A stretch of DNA of 62,603 bases, the filler included. It is 9 parts of 9 records of this genome, joined end to end, with 100 filler letters (N's around TTAATTAATTAA, not from the genome) between each part and the next. Parts side by side here need not be neighbours in the genome. Positions count along the whole stretch, not along the records: positions 29,770 to 47,538 come from SRR20825010_445; positions 47,639 to 51,727 come from SRR20825010_446; positions 51,828 to 54,971 come from SRR20825010_458; 6 more parts are not named here. One strand, written 5' to 3'. The notes beneath the pieces are model-generated. The model was given only the letters and a program-made list of their open reading frames with translations. It was not told the DNA's origin and did no database searches. Both the position numbers and the translations under genes were made by a program. Of this stretch, positions 43,004 through 53,255 are shown one piece after another (the stretch's first letter is position 1; the number at the start of each line of letters is the position of its first letter).

Positions 43004-44830
43004 ATGAATCACCGCCCAATATCCCTGTTGCCCGATGTACTGATCAGCCAAATCGCCGCTGGCGAAGTGGTCGATCGGCCTGCCTCCGTTGTCAAAGAGT
43101 TGCTTGAGAATGCACTGGATGCGGGAGCCTCTGAAATCACCATCCGCATTGACGGTGGGGGCATTCAGCGCATCTGCATTCAAGACAATGGAAAAGGCAT
43201 ACCCAAAAACGAACTTGAACTGGCCGTCATGCGCCACGCCACGTCGAAAATCCAGTCTTTGAATGAACTGGAAAGCGTGATGAGCCTTGGCTTCCGGGGC
43301 GAAGCGCTGGCATCCATCGCATCGGTCAGCCAGTTCGGTTTGAGCAGCTACCCGGCCGGGCAGGAAAGCGCTTACTGCATCAGCAACCACAGCGGAAGTT
43401 GGCTCGTTGAGCCATCACCGGCCAGCCCCGGCACCACCGTGGATGTTCAATCGCTGTATTTCAGCACCCCGGCGCGACGCAAGTTTCTGAAAACCGAGCA
43501 AACTGAATTTTTTCATTGCCTGGATGTGGTCAAGCGCATGGCCCTGGCCAACCCGTCCGTTACCTGGCTGGTGTATCGCGATGGCAAGCTGCAAAGCCGC
43601 TTTCAGGAAAGCAGCTGGAGCGTCCGCGTGTTCAGTATTCTCGAGCCCATGGCCAATGGCGCGTCAAAGCCCATTGAAGTACAGTCCGCCGACATGCAGT
43701 TGCATGGCGCTGTGGGCCTTCCCGACGCAGCCCGTGGAAAAGGTGACATGCAGTTTTTCTACGTGAATGGACGGTTTGTGAAAGACAAGCTGATCAATCA
43801 CGCCGTCAGGTCTGCTTACGAAGACGTGTTGCATGGCGACAAATTTCCATCGTTTGTGCTGTTTTTGAATTTGCCAGCCAATGAAGTGGACGTGAACGTG
43901 CACCCCGCCAAAACTGAAGTCAGGTTCCGCAACGCACGCGCCGTGCACCAGTGGGTGCGACAGTCCATTCAGGCTTGCCTGGCACCCTCCCGTGCAGTAG
44001 TGCAGCTTAGCGAGACCAGTAGCGGGCCAACTGCGGCAGGCAGCAATGTGTGGCGAAGCACGAACGGCGCGGCACCGGCTGTTCAGGTTCAGCCAAAAAG
44101 CGCGGCTTTGCCATTTTTGCGCGAAGAACTGGCCGATTACATTCAGGCCTACAGGCCTTTGGAGGCAGCACCCCGGCCCACGCAAATCACTGCGCAGCCA
44201 AAAGCTGTTTATACCGAACCTGTGCAACACACCGCAGATGACGCCGACTATTTGGGTCAAGCCATTGCCCAGGTACATGGCATTTACATTCTGGCCTTGC
44301 GGCCCGATGGCATGGTGGTTGTGGACATGCACGCCGCCCACGAACGGGTGCTGTACGAGCAATTCAAAAATGCGCTGGACAACCAGCAGACCATTTCATC
44401 GCAAGAACTGCTGGTGCCACTGTTGGTGCAAATCGACCCGCGCCTGGCCAGTGAAGTAGACAACGGCCAGCACCTGTGGGAAAAGCTGGGTTTCAGGCTG
44501 AGCTTGATTTCCACGCAGGAAATTGCCGTGCGCGCAGTACCCACCATGTTGGCTGGTCAGGATTTGTCGGCCCTGCTGCAACGGTGGCTTGAAGACCTGC
44601 ATCAGTATGGTGTGGCACATGTTCTGGAACGGCAACGCAATGAATGGCTGGCCGGGCTTGCTTGCCACACGGCGGTGCGGGCCAACCGCAAGCTCACCAT
44701 TCCCGAAATGAACGCCTTGCTGCGTTCCATGGAACGTACCGAACGTTCAGACCAATGCAACCACGGCAGGCCCACCTGGCGCCATTTCAGCCTGTCTGAA
44801 ATGGACAAGTGGTTCTTGCGCGGGCAGTAA
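43004..44830 (+). CDS. mutL: DNA mismatch repair endonuclease MutL
   Basis: IAAGEVV, GFRGEAL, DVNVHPAK, DMHAAHERVLYE, CNHGRP. Confidence 0.98.
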   Translation: MNHRPISLLPDVLISQIAAGEVVDRPASVVKELLENALDAGASEITIRIDGGGIQRICIQDNGKGIPKNELELAVMRHATSKIQSLNELESVMSLGFRGEALASIASVSQFGLSSYPAGQESAYCISNHSGSWLVEPSPASPGTTVDVQSLYFSTPARRKFLKTEQTEFFHCLDVVKRMALANPSVTWLVYRDGKLQSRFQESSWSVRVFSILEPMANGASKPIEVQSADMQLHGAVGLPDAARGKGDMQFFYVNGRFVKDKLINHAVRSAYEDVLHGDKFPSFVLFLNLPANEVDVNVHPAKTEVRFRNARAVHQWVRQSIQACLAPSRAVVQLSETSSGPTAAGSNVWRSTNGAAPAVQVQPKSAALPFLREELADYIQAYRPLEAAPRPTQITAQPKAVYTEPVQHTADDADYLGQAIAQVHGIYILALRPDGMVVVDMHAAHERVLYEQFKNALDNQQTISSQELLVPLLVQIDPRLASEVDNGQHLWEKLGFRLSLISTQEIAVRAVPTMLAGQDLSALLQRWLEDLHQYGVAHVLERQRNEWLAGLACHTAVRANRKLTIPEMNALLRSMERTERSDQCNHGRPTWRHFSLSEMDKWFLRGQ

Positions 44831-44841
44831 GGAGGTGTATC

Positions 44842-45801
44842 GTGGCTGATCAGGCAACCCACACCATTCCCGCACTGGCCGTGCTCGGCCCCACCGCCTC
44901 GGGCAAGTCAGCCTTGGGTTTGTGGATGGCCGACCAAGGCTTTCCGATTGAAATCATCAGCCTGGATTCTGCGCTGGTGTTTCGCGACATGGACATTGGC
45001 ACCGCCAAGCCCACGCCGCAGGAACTGGCCATGGTGCCGCACCATTTGATCGACATCATTACCCCCAGCGACACCTTCAGTGCAGCCGAATTCGTTGAGC
45101 AATGCCACACTCTGATTGATGACATTCGCGCCCGTGGCAAAGTCCCCATTATTCTCGGGGGCACCATGATGTATTACAAAACACTGGTCAGCGGGATGGA
45201 CGACCTGCCCGTGGCCAACCCCGCCATTCGGCAGGCCATTGAGCAACAAGCCGCAGTAGAGGGCTGGCCCGCAATCCACGCCCAACTGGCCTTGGTGGAC
45301 CCAGCCACGGCAGCACGCCTGAAGCCCAATGATTCGCAGCGCCTGCAGCGCGCGCTCGAGGTGTTTCAAATCACAGGCAAACCGCTGTCCGCTTTTCATG
45401 TGCGCGACCAGCAGGCCGATGCCACCATTCCAACACTGGCCATCGAGCCTTCCGATCGTGCAGTGTTGCACAAACGCATCGAAGCGCGTTTTAACGCCAT
45501 GCTTGAGCAAGGTTTGGTTGAAGAAGTGATCGAGTTGCGCCACAACCATGTGCTGGATGAAACCATGCCGTCGATGCGCTGTGTGGGCTATCGGCAAGTG
45601 TGGGAATATTTGCACGGCACCTGCACCTACCAGGACATGACGGAGAAGGGCATTGCTGCTACCCGCCAGCTGGCCAAGCGGCAAATTACCTGGCTGCGCT
45701 CCACTGCCAACAAGGAAGTTGTCGACCCCTTGCAGGCCGACTGGCTTTTGCGGGTGAAGCCCTGGATTCAGCAGCAAGTTGACTTGTTGATGCCGCGGTG
45801 A
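44842..45801 (+). CDS. miaA: tRNA dimethylallyltransferase (GTG start 44842)
   Basis: GPTASGKS, MDIGTAKP, HHLID, TRQLAKRQITW; SD AAGGAGG. Confidence 0.97.
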   Translation: MADQATHTIPALAVLGPTASGKSALGLWMADQGFPIEIISLDSALVFRDMDIGTAKPTPQELAMVPHHLIDIITPSDTFSAAEFVEQCHTLIDDIRARGKVPIILGGTMMYYKTLVSGMDDLPVANPAIRQAIEQQAAVEGWPAIHAQLALVDPATAARLKPNDSQRLQRALEVFQITGKPLSAFHVRDQQADATIPTLAIEPSDRAVLHKRIEARFNAMLEQGLVEEVIELRHNHVLDETMPSMRCVGYRQVWEYLHGTCTYQDMTEKGIAATRQLAKRQITWLRSTANKEVVDPLQADWLLRVKPWIQQQVDLLMPR

Positions 45802-45845
45802 ACCCCGACGAGTTGACGATATCAATCGGCAATTCCGCGCAGCAT

Positions 45846-46745
45846 TTACAACGGAAATCGCTGCACCGCTGCAAACACCAATGGCAATGTAAATGCCGCG
45901 CCTACAGTCGACATTGAAATGAGGCAGGCCACCAGCGGTGCGTTCCCACCCATGCGTGCGGCAAGAATGTAAGCACTGGACGCCGATGGAATGGCCGAGA
46001 ATACCAGAAGCACTACCGCCTGTTCTTCCGGCAAATTCATGAAGTGCGAATACAACACGGCCACCAAGGGTGCAGCCACCAGTTTGACGGTCAGCCACCA
46101 AATCGAAACAGCCCAATTTCCTTTCAAGCCAGAAAATACCAGCCCTGACCCCACTGCCAACAGGCCAAGTGATACGGCAGCTTGTGCAAGCCTTTCCAGG
46201 GTCAACATCATGGGCTCTGGCACCTGTACGCCCAGCAGCTTGGCTGCAATGCCCAGGCTGGTGCCAATAATGAGCGGGTTCTTCAAAATTTCAAGGAAAG
46301 CGGTAAAACGTCCGCCCTTGCTCATGGTGCCCACGGCCAGCACGTTGCACAGTGGCACACAAAGGGCCAGCAAAATTGCAATGTTCGCCACAGCCGATTG
46401 CCCGCCCAGGCGGCTGGCCAGGGCAAGGCCAATGTACGAATTAAACCGGTACGCCGTTTGCAGGCCCGACGCAAAATCCACTCGACCCATCTTGCTGACC
46501 AGCAGGCCCAGCCAACCCAGTACGAATGACGCGAAAATAACCGTAGGGCCACCCAATGCAAATGAGCCTACGGTGTTCACGTTTAAATTGCTGGATACCA
46601 CCGAGAAAAACAACAGGCAGGGAAACAGCACGAAGTACACCAGTTTTTCAATGGTGACCCAGGCCGCAGGTGCCATCCAGAATCGACGCAGAAAATAGCC
46701 CAGCGCGATGATGGCGAAATCAGGAAAAAGAAGTAGTGGAGACAC
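45846..46745 (-). CDS. AEC (auxin efflux carrier) family transporter
   Basis: Hydrophobic; LVYFVLFPCLLF, RFNSYIG, KNPLII, AYILAARMGG. Confidence 0.85.
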   Translation of the reverse strand: MSPLLLFPDFAIIALGYFLRRFWMAPAAWVTIEKLVYFVLFPCLLFFSVVSSNLNVNTVGSFALGGPTVIFASFVLGWLGLLVSKMGRVDFASGLQTAYRFNSYIGLALASRLGGQSAVANIAILLALCVPLCNVLAVGTMSKGGRFTAFLEILKNPLIIGTSLGIAAKLLGVQVPEPMMLTLERLAQAAVSLGLLAVGSGLVFSGLKGNWAVSIWWLTVKLVAAPLVAVLYSHFMNLPEEQAVVLLVFSAIPSASSAYILAARMGGNAPLVACLISMSTVGAAFTLPLVFAAVQRFPL

Positions 46746-46770
46746 TGGAGTGTATTTGTTTGGCCAATAA

Positions 46771-46794
46771 AAAACCCACCCTAGGGTGGGTTTT
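46771..46794 (-). terminator. Intrinsic terminator after erpA
   Basis: AAAACCCACC-ctag-GGTGGGTTTT, with U-tract on the minus strand. Confidence 0.75.
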
Positions 46795-46832
46795 ATCAAA
46801 CAGGCCTGAATTAAGGCCTGCCCGCTTCCGGT

Positions 46833-47189
46833 TTATACCGAGAAAGAAGATCCGCAGCCGCAGGTTGTTGTGGCATTGGGGTTCTTGATCACGAATTGAG
46901 CACCGTTGATGTCTTCTTTGTAATCAATTTCCGCGCCAGTCAAATACTGGTAACTCATGGAATCGATCAAAAGTGTCACGCCGCCTTTGTCCAAAGCGGT
47001 GTCATCTTCGTTCACGTCTTCATCGAAGGTAAAGCCGTACTGGAAACCTGAGCATCCGCCACCCTGCACGAATACGCGCAGCTTCAGGTTTGGGTTGCCT
47101 TCTTCATTGATCAGGTCGCGCACTTTTGCCGCGGCTGAATCGGTGAAGACCAATACGCTAGGTTGTTCTGTTGTAGTTACTTCCATCAT
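46833..47189 (-). CDS. erpA: Fe-S cluster insertion protein ErpA
   Basis: [31 protein letters not shown]. Confidence 0.95.
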   Translation of the reverse strand: MMEVTTTEQPSVLVFTDSAAAKVRDLINEEGNPNLKLRVFVQGGGCSGFQYGFTFDEDVNEDDTALDKGGVTLLIDSMSYQYLTGAEIDYKEDINGAQFVIKNPNATTTCGCGSSFSV

Positions 47190-47210
47190 GTCCTGCCTAT
47201 GTGCTGGATT

Positions 47211-47538
47211 TTACTTGCTTGATGCCAATGCCAGCCTTCCCGGCACCACTTCTTCATTTTCGTGATGCAAGGTGCCGTCTACAACAGCACCCGGATGCAT
47301 CTCCAATGCTCTATATCTTACGTCACCTGAGACATTTGCGGAAGGGTGAAGTTCCAGAAGCTGATTGGCTTCTATGGGACCTTCAATCAAGCCGCTGACC
47401 ACCACATGGCCCACACGCACGCTGCCCCGCACTTTTCCGGTCTCGGAAATGACCAAAAGTGACTGAGAACTGTCGTCTGCGACCACATTGCCATTCACTT
47501 CGCCGTCAATTCGAAGACCGCCCTTGAAGTGCAAATCC
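47211..47538 (-). CDS. Bactofilin (5'-truncated)
   Basis: LRIDGEVNGNV, LVISETGKVRG, VSGDVRY..GAVVDG beta-helix repeats. Confidence 0.88.
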
Positions 47539-47638
47539 NNNNNNNNNNNNNNNNNNNNNNNNNNNNNNNNNNNNNNNNNNNNTTAATTAATTAANNNNNN
47601 NNNNNNNNNNNNNNNNNNNNNNNNNNNNNNNNNNNNNN
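47539..47638. other. Artificial contig linker
   Basis: N-run + TTAATTAATTAA + N-run. Confidence 0.98.
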
Positions 47639-47671
47639 CCGGTGATCCGGTTTTCACCGGAAATGCTCCAG
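47639..47671. repeat. Tail of a rhizobial palindromic intergenic repeat at contig start
   Basis: CCGGTGA-tccggtt-TTCACCGG dyad followed by AAATGCTCCAG; resembles, from memory, the end of the element family seen at 9376. Confidence 0.4.
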
Positions 47672-47765
47672 TTGGCATCGCCCGATGCTCCAAATCCGTC
47701 TTTTGACGCGCCGGGTTAACGAAAAGCCGGATTCCACTTATTCGCCCGGCGCTCTGGCGTTGCGC

Positions 47766-47792
47766 AAAAAGGCAGGGCTATCCCGCCCTGCC
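47766..47792 (-). terminator. Intrinsic terminator
   Basis: GGCAGGGC-gggata-GCCCTGCC-TTTTT. Confidence 0.8.
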
Positions 47793-47915
47793 GCAATGTC
47801 CGTCACGCGATGTCGTTGCTGCGAGCAACCCCGGCACATCGGGGGATGATGTGCCGGGGCGGGGCGCACCCCCTTTCCAGACTGCCGGTTGAACCGGCAC
47901 CTTGGCGTGTCTGGA
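47766..47915 (-). ncRNA. Candidate small RNA (about 150 nt)
   Basis: Consecutive stems ending in a GC hairpin plus U5; no credible ORF; AT-rich region upstream. Confidence 0.55.
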
Positions 47916-48222
47916 TAGTGCCATAACGCGCCACTGCGCAAAAAGGATCAAAAAAAAGTAAAAAATTTAACAATTGGCGCATTGCGCCCACGTTTGGCGA
48001 AGATAGCTGACGGGCGCGCCCTCAGTGAAACAAGGCGCCGGCGTTGAGCGTGTCTACCTGAAGGGCGAATGCGGATTTCGGTTCCGTTGACCTGAAAATG
48101 CCGCATGCATCATTCCTTTTGCAAATTTCCCAAGTCACGAGGACAATTGGGAAACGCGCAATTCCTTCAAGGCGGGGATGCGAAAGCAACTTCGTGCCTT
48201 GGTATGAGCTCAGCCGAACATA

Positions 48223-49122
48223 TCAGGCCCGGGCATCGACTGCGTCTTTTTCCGGGATTGCCGGCTGGGCGCCGGGCTTGAGGCAGGCAAGGGCGCCGGC
48301 GACGGCGGCGCGGTGCGCGGCGTCCTCGAAGGACAGACCCTGGTCGAGCCCGCTTGCGAAATAGCCGCAAAAGGTGTCGCCGGCGCCGACGGTGTCGACC
48401 GGATCGATCTTCAGCGCGTCGATGCGGTGGAAGGCGCCCTCATGCATGGCGACTACGCCCTCGGCTCCGAGCGTGATGACGATGGTCTGGCCGGTTTCGT
48501 CATGGCGGGTTTTCAGCATGGCGATCCGGCCTTCGCTGCCCAGTTCCTCGGCGCCGACAAGCCTTTCGAACTCGGTCTCGTTGGCAATGACGATATCGGC
48601 GAGCGCGCCGAGTTCGGCCGCTTCCTGCGTGAGCGGGGCGGTGTTGAGGATCGTGCGAATACCTTTCTCGCGGGCCTTGGCGAGCGCCGTGCGGATGGCC
48701 GGGGCGGGTATTTCGAGCTGCAGCACGAGCGTGTCTTCGGCCGACATCCCCGCCACGACCGCCTCCGCATCTGCCTTGCTGACTTTGCCATTGGCGGCCG
48801 CATTGATGACGATGACGTTCTCGCCGTCGCCGCCGACCAGGATCATCGCCGTGCCGGTTGCGCCGTCGGTGGCCTTCACCGCCGAAAGGTCGACGCCGGC
48901 GTCAGCCAGAAGGGCGGTGGCGGAGCTTGCAAAATCGTCATTGCCGACGGCGCCCGCCATGGCGACATCGGAGCCCGCGCGACGCGCGGCAAGCGCCTGA
49001 TTGGCGCCCTTGCCGCCCTGGGCGGTGGCAAAGGAGGTTCCGGCCACGGTTTCGCCCGGCTTCGGCAGGCGGGGCGTGGTGGCGATGAGGTCCATATTGA
49101 TGGAACCGAAGACCGTGATCAT
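48223..49122 (-). CDS. rbsK: Ribokinase (PfkB family; start 49122)
   Basis: FGSINMD, GGKGANQA, ANETE, DTVGAGDTF. Confidence 0.92.
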   Translation of the reverse strand: MITVFGSINMDLIATTPRLPKPGETVAGTSFATAQGGKGANQALAARRAGSDVAMAGAVGNDDFASSATALLADAGVDLSAVKATDGATGTAMILVGGDGENVIVINAAANGKVSKADAEAVVAGMSAEDTLVLQLEIPAPAIRTALAKAREKGIRTILNTAPLTQEAAELGALADIVIANETEFERLVGAEELGSEGRIAMLKTRHDETGQTIVITLGAEGVVAMHEGAFHRIDALKIDPVDTVGAGDTFCGYFASGLDQGLSFEDAAHRAAVAGALACLKPGAQPAIPEKDAVDARA

Positions 49123-49300
49123 TGCATTTCTCCCATCGGCCCCACGTGGCTCACGTGAAGGCTTCCACCGGACCGCGCGGTCCGGGTTTCCCGCCACGGC
49201 CGATCCGACACACATGTAACATGGCACCGTGCCGACCGATTGCGAAACGGCTGTCGGTGCATTCTCCTCAGCTTTTATTGCCAGCGAGCGGCAATGGCAA

Positions 49301-50473
49301 TCAGTCCTCGTCGACGACGCGCAGTTTCATCCGGCCAAGCCCCTGTTGCTCGCCTTCCGGGCCGGAAGGTGGCTCCGTTTCGTTTCTGCCGGATTCGAAT
49401 TCCAACGTGGCGATCCGCTCGCCCCTCCGGGCGATCTTGCCCGTTGATATCCGAATCGTCTCGACATCCTGGCGGGCCTGGTTGAAGTGGTTTTCGAGCT
49501 TTGCCACGCGTTCGTTGAGGCGGGTCAGGTCGGCCAGAAGATGGGCAACCTCGCCCTGTATCAGATGCGCCTGTTCGCGCATGCGCTGGTCCTTCATCAC
49601 CGCCTGCACCACCTGGATCGACAGCAGCAGAAGCGTCGGCGAGACGATCACCACGCGTGCCGCATGGGCGCGCTGGACAACCGCTTCATAGTGCTCATGA
49701 ATATCGGCGAAAATCGATTCGGAGGGGACAAACAGGAAGGCCGTGTCCTGGGTCTCGCCGGGCAGCAGGTATTTGCCGGCGATATCGCGGACATGGATTT
49801 CGAGATCGCGGCGGAAACGCTGGCCGGCGCTGCGGGAAGCCTGGTCGCTTTCCGCATCGCGCATGGTGTTCCAGGCCTCGAGCGGAAACTTGGCGTCAAC
49901 GATCAGCGGCGGCGCGCCGTTCGGCATGTCGATCACGCAGTCGGGCCTTGTGCCGTTCGAAAGCGTTGCCTGGAACCGGAAACTGCCGGCCGGCAGCGCA
50001 TCGGCGATGATCGCCTCCATCCGTCCCTGGCCGAAAGCGCCGCGGGTCTGCTTGTTGGAGAGAATTGCCTGCAGGCCCACCACGTCCTTCGCCAGCGACT
50101 GGATATTGTTCTGCGCCGCATCGATGACGGCAAGCCGTTCCTGCAGGCGGCGCAGGTTTTCGTGGGTGGTCTGGTGTTGCTGGTGAAGCGTGGTGCCAAT
50201 CCGCTGCGAAAGACCGTCAAGACGCGATCCGAGCGCGGCATTCAGCTCGGACTGGCGGCTGCCGAACAGCTCCGCCATGGTCGCCATGCGCCCCTGCATC
50301 TCGCTCTGGGCCTGCACCAGTTGCTGCAGTTCGCGCTCCAGCAGTCTTTCCTGCCGCCCTCCGCCGCGACGGATCGTCAGAATGAAGACAAGCGCAATCA
50401 GGACGCACAACACAACCGCCATGCCCAGCATGACCGGGTTCATCGCCGCCAATTGTGCTTTCAGCATATCCAT
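49301..50473 (-). CDS. rmuC: DNA recombination protein RmuC (start 50473)
   Basis: TM + coiled coil, NKQTRGAFGQ, RPD..IVDAKFPL, FVPSE, VSPT. Confidence 0.93.
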   Translation of the reverse strand: MDMLKAQLAAMNPVMLGMAVVLCVLIALVFILTIRRGGGRQERLLERELQQLVQAQSEMQGRMATMAELFGSRQSELNAALGSRLDGLSQRIGTTLHQQHQTTHENLRRLQERLAVIDAAQNNIQSLAKDVVGLQAILSNKQTRGAFGQGRMEAIIADALPAGSFRFQATLSNGTRPDCVIDMPNGAPPLIVDAKFPLEAWNTMRDAESDQASRSAGQRFRRDLEIHVRDIAGKYLLPGETQDTAFLFVPSESIFADIHEHYEAVVQRAHAARVVIVSPTLLLLSIQVVQAVMKDQRMREQAHLIQGEVAHLLADLTRLNERVAKLENHFNQARQDVETIRISTGKIARRGERIATLEFESGRNETEPPSGPEGEQQGLGRMKLRVVDED

Positions 50474-50523
50474 CACGCCACCCCTCAATTTTTTCACCCT
50501 AGCATAAATTTGCTTGAAATAAA

Positions 50524-50538
50524 GATCAAAACGTGAAC
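50524..50538. promoter_or_regulatory. Candidate alphaproteobacterial LexA box upstream of rmuC
   Basis: GATC-aaaacgt-GAAC, one mismatch to GAAC-N7-GAAC. Confidence 0.45.
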
Positions 50539-50631
50539 AAAATGGATGGTGATCGATAAACAGAACGGGAGGCTTTATCGACAGTGTACGAAATGATTTC
50601 CCCCGGCGCGAACATGCGCTATGGGGAGGAC

Positions 50632-51147
50632 ATGACCACGATGCCATTGATTATCTTGCCGGACCCTCTGCTGCGCACGGTCTCCAAACCGGTCGAGCGC
50701 GTAGACGACGACCTGAAGAAATTTGCGAACGATATGCTGGAGACCATGTATGAGGCTCCCGGCATCGGTCTTGCCGCGATCCAGGTCGGTGTGCCTCGGC
50801 GCATGCTCGTTCTGGACGTTGCAAACAAGGACGAGGGCGAGAAGCAGCCCATGGTGGTGATCAACCCGACAGTGCTGCAGGCCTCGGATGAGCGCTCGGT
50901 TTACGAGGAGGGCTGCCTGTCGATACCGGAATTTTATGCCGAGGTGGAGCGTCCGGCGCGCGTACGGGTGCGCTATACCGACCTTGCCGGCGCGGAACAG
51001 GAAATCGAGGCGGACGGGCTGCTTGCCACCTGCCTGCAGCACGAGATCGACCACCTCGATGGCGCGCTTTTCATCGATTATCTCTCGCGCCTGAAGCGTG
51101 AACGGGTGATCAAGAAGTTCACGAAGACCGCAAGGCACAAGCTTTAG
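50632..51147 (+). CDS. def: Peptide deformylase
   Basis: [29 protein letters not shown]. Confidence 0.97.
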   Translation: MTTMPLIILPDPLLRTVSKPVERVDDDLKKFANDMLETMYEAPGIGLAAIQVGVPRRMLVLDVANKDEGEKQPMVVINPTVLQASDERSVYEEGCLSIPEFYAEVERPARVRVRYTDLAGAEQEIEADGLLATCLQHEIDHLDGALFIDYLSRLKRERVIKKFTKTARHKL

Positions 51148-51357
51148 GGCAATTGCGCCTGTCCGGCCCACGGGTTCGTGTCCTTGTGTTGTCCGCGCGC
51201 CGTGACAGCGGTGACCCGGTTTCGCTCTTTGACTTGCGCGCTTCGGGCCGGATGTGCCTTTTGTGGAAAGGCATGCGCGTTCTATCTATTCGTTTTAACG
51301 CATTTTCGCAGATGGCTTCATCTGGCTGCGAAGTGCTCCGGGCCGGAAGGAGCGATG

Positions 51358-51727
51358 ATGACCCTCAGAATGATCTTTATGGGCACGCCGGAATTTTCCG
51401 TTCCGACCCTCAGGGCGCTGAAGGACGCGGGCCACGAGATCGCCTGTGTCTATACCCAGCCGCCGCGGGCGGCGGGCCGGCGGGGGCTTTCGGAGGTCAA
51501 ATCGCCGGTGCATCAGGCTGCCGAGCTGCTTGGAATGGCGGTTCGCACGCCGGAAAATTTCCGCGATGCCGGGGAGCGCGCCGCATTCGCCGCGCTCGAT
51601 GCCGATGTTGCGGTCGTCGTCGCCTATGGCCTGCTGCTGCCGGAAGCGATCCTGACCGGCACGCGGCTCGGTGCTTACAACGGTCACGCCTCGCTTTTGC
51701 CGCGCTGGCGCGGCGCGGCGCCGATCC
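51358..51727 (+). CDS. fmt: Methionyl-tRNA formyltransferase (3'-truncated)
   Basis: [33 protein letters not shown]. Confidence 0.96.
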
Positions 51728-51827
51728 NNNNNNNNNNNNNNNNNNNNNNNNNNNNNNNNNNNNNNNNNNNNTTAATTAATTAANNNNNNNNNNNNNNNNN
51801 NNNNNNNNNNNNNNNNNNNNNNNNNNN
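51728..51827. other. Artificial contig linker
   Basis: N-run + TTAATTAATTAA + N-run. Confidence 0.98.
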
Positions 51828-51833
51828 CATTCC

Positions 51834-53255
51834 ATGAATGAACCACAACAGAGCGGCGCCGTTCGCTGGCGCGAAGTTCTTAACCGGCAATACGGGATGT
51901 CCCTGGCCCTGGTAAGTCTTGGCATCTGGCTTCATGCCGCCGACAGCCTGCTGGTCGCTACCATGGTGCCGCAGATTGTCGCCGAGATCGGCGGGGCGGA
52001 GCTGATCTCCTGGACGGTGGCACTCTATGGCATCGGTTCCATCGTCGCGGGGGCGGCCAGTGGCTTGATGGTCCTGCAATATGGCCTGCGCGCGCCGATG
52101 ACGCTGGCGGCGCTTCTCTTCGCGCTTGGCTGCACCATCAGTGCACTGGCACCTGAAATGTGGGTGGTTCTGGTCGGTCGTTTGTTTCAGGGCCTGGGCG
52201 GCGGCGGCTTGATGGCCATGGCCTTTGTCGCCGTAAGCCAGTTGTTTCCACGCCGGTTGACGGCCCGTGCCCTCGGTGCGATCAGCACCTTATGGGGTGT
52301 CTCCGCTTTTATCGGGCCGCTCGTGGGCGGGCTTTTTGTCGAATACGGCACCTGGCAAGGCGGCTTCTGGTTTTTTGCCGTCCAAGCGCTTCTTATGGCG
52401 GTATGGATACAGTTCACGTTGCGCAAGAACAAAAAGCCGGCAGAACAAATCCGTGCCCGCTTTCCTCTTCAGCGGCTTTTCTGGTTATCTCTCGGGGTTT
52501 TCCTGATTGCGTACGGCGGAATCGAGATATCTGTCCTGCAAACCAGCCTGTTCGTTGTCCTGGGCATCGTGGCGCTCATTCTCTTTCTCTTCCTTGACGG
52601 CCAGCGGGCAGAAAGCCGCCTGTTGCCACATAAACCACTCAACCTCTTCACTCCGCTCGGCGCGGCGCTGGTCCTTGTCCTTGCCTTTTCGACGACGACT
52701 GTTGCCATCACCGTCTATGGCCCCTATCTGATCACCGAACTGCATGGGCGGGCGCCCATCGTTGGCGGCTATGTGATGGCCTGTATGTCTATCGGATGGG
52801 CTCTTGTTGCCTCCCTGGTGTCCGGTGTTGCGGAAAAGCACGACGGCCGGATGGTTGTCATCGGTATGATCTTCGTGACGATCAGCCTGCCGGGATATGC
52901 CTATAGCTTGCCCTATGGGCCGGTCTGCCTGATTGCCGTGTTCGCGGCCATGCAGGGCGGCGGCTTCGGCACTGCCTGGACCTTCATCCTCCGTCGGGCT
53001 ATCAAGCTCGCGCCGGATAATGAACATGAGCGGATTGCCAGCGCCATCCCGACCCTGCAACGGCTCGGTTACGCCCTTGGTGCGGCCTATGCCGGCATTC
53101 TCGCCAACGCCGCTGGCCTGACTGAGGAAGCGGACATTTCCGTCATCACTGTAATTGCCTGGTTGATCCCGCTTGCCTGCCTTCCGGCGGCGGCAATCGG
53201 ACTGGTTGCAACCTATCAGTTTGCCTGGCGGCGATCGGGCGATGCAAGCTCCTGA
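51834..53255 (+). CDS. MFS transporter (DHA2-like)
   Basis: Many hydrophobic segments, GRLFQGLGGG (motif B), GPLVGG (motif C). Confidence 0.88.
   Translation: MNEPQQSGAVRWREVLNRQYGMSLALVSLGIWLHAADSLLVATMVPQIVAEIGGAELISWTVALYGIGSIVAGAASGLMVLQYGLRAPMTLAALLFALGCTISALAPEMWVVLVGRLFQGLGGGGLMAMAFVAVSQLFPRRLTARALGAISTLWGVSAFIGPLVGGLFVEYGTWQGGFWFFAVQALLMAVWIQFTLRKNKKPAEQIRARFPLQRLFWLSLGVFLIAYGGIEISVLQTSLFVVLGIVALILFLFLDGQRAESRLLPHKPLNLFTPLGAALVLVLAFSTTTVAITVYGPYLITELHGRAPIVGGYVMACMSIGWALVASLVSGVAEKHDGRMVVIGMIFVTISLPGYAYSLPYGPVCLIAVFAAMQGGGFGTAWTFILRRAIKLAPDNEHERIASAIPTLQRLGYALGAAYAGILANAAGLTEEADISVITVIAWLIPLACLPAAAIGLVATYQFAWRRSGDASS

Noticed and set aside
44325-44362. MutL DMHA instead of DQHA endonuclease motif
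   Set aside because: Known variant in MutH-less proteobacteria.
47948-48106. 52-aa minus-strand ORF with AAGGA SD (MRHFQVNGTEIRIRP...)
   Set aside because: Arg-rich, no recognisable motif, runs through a poly-T promoter-like tract; unsupported without ribosome profiling.
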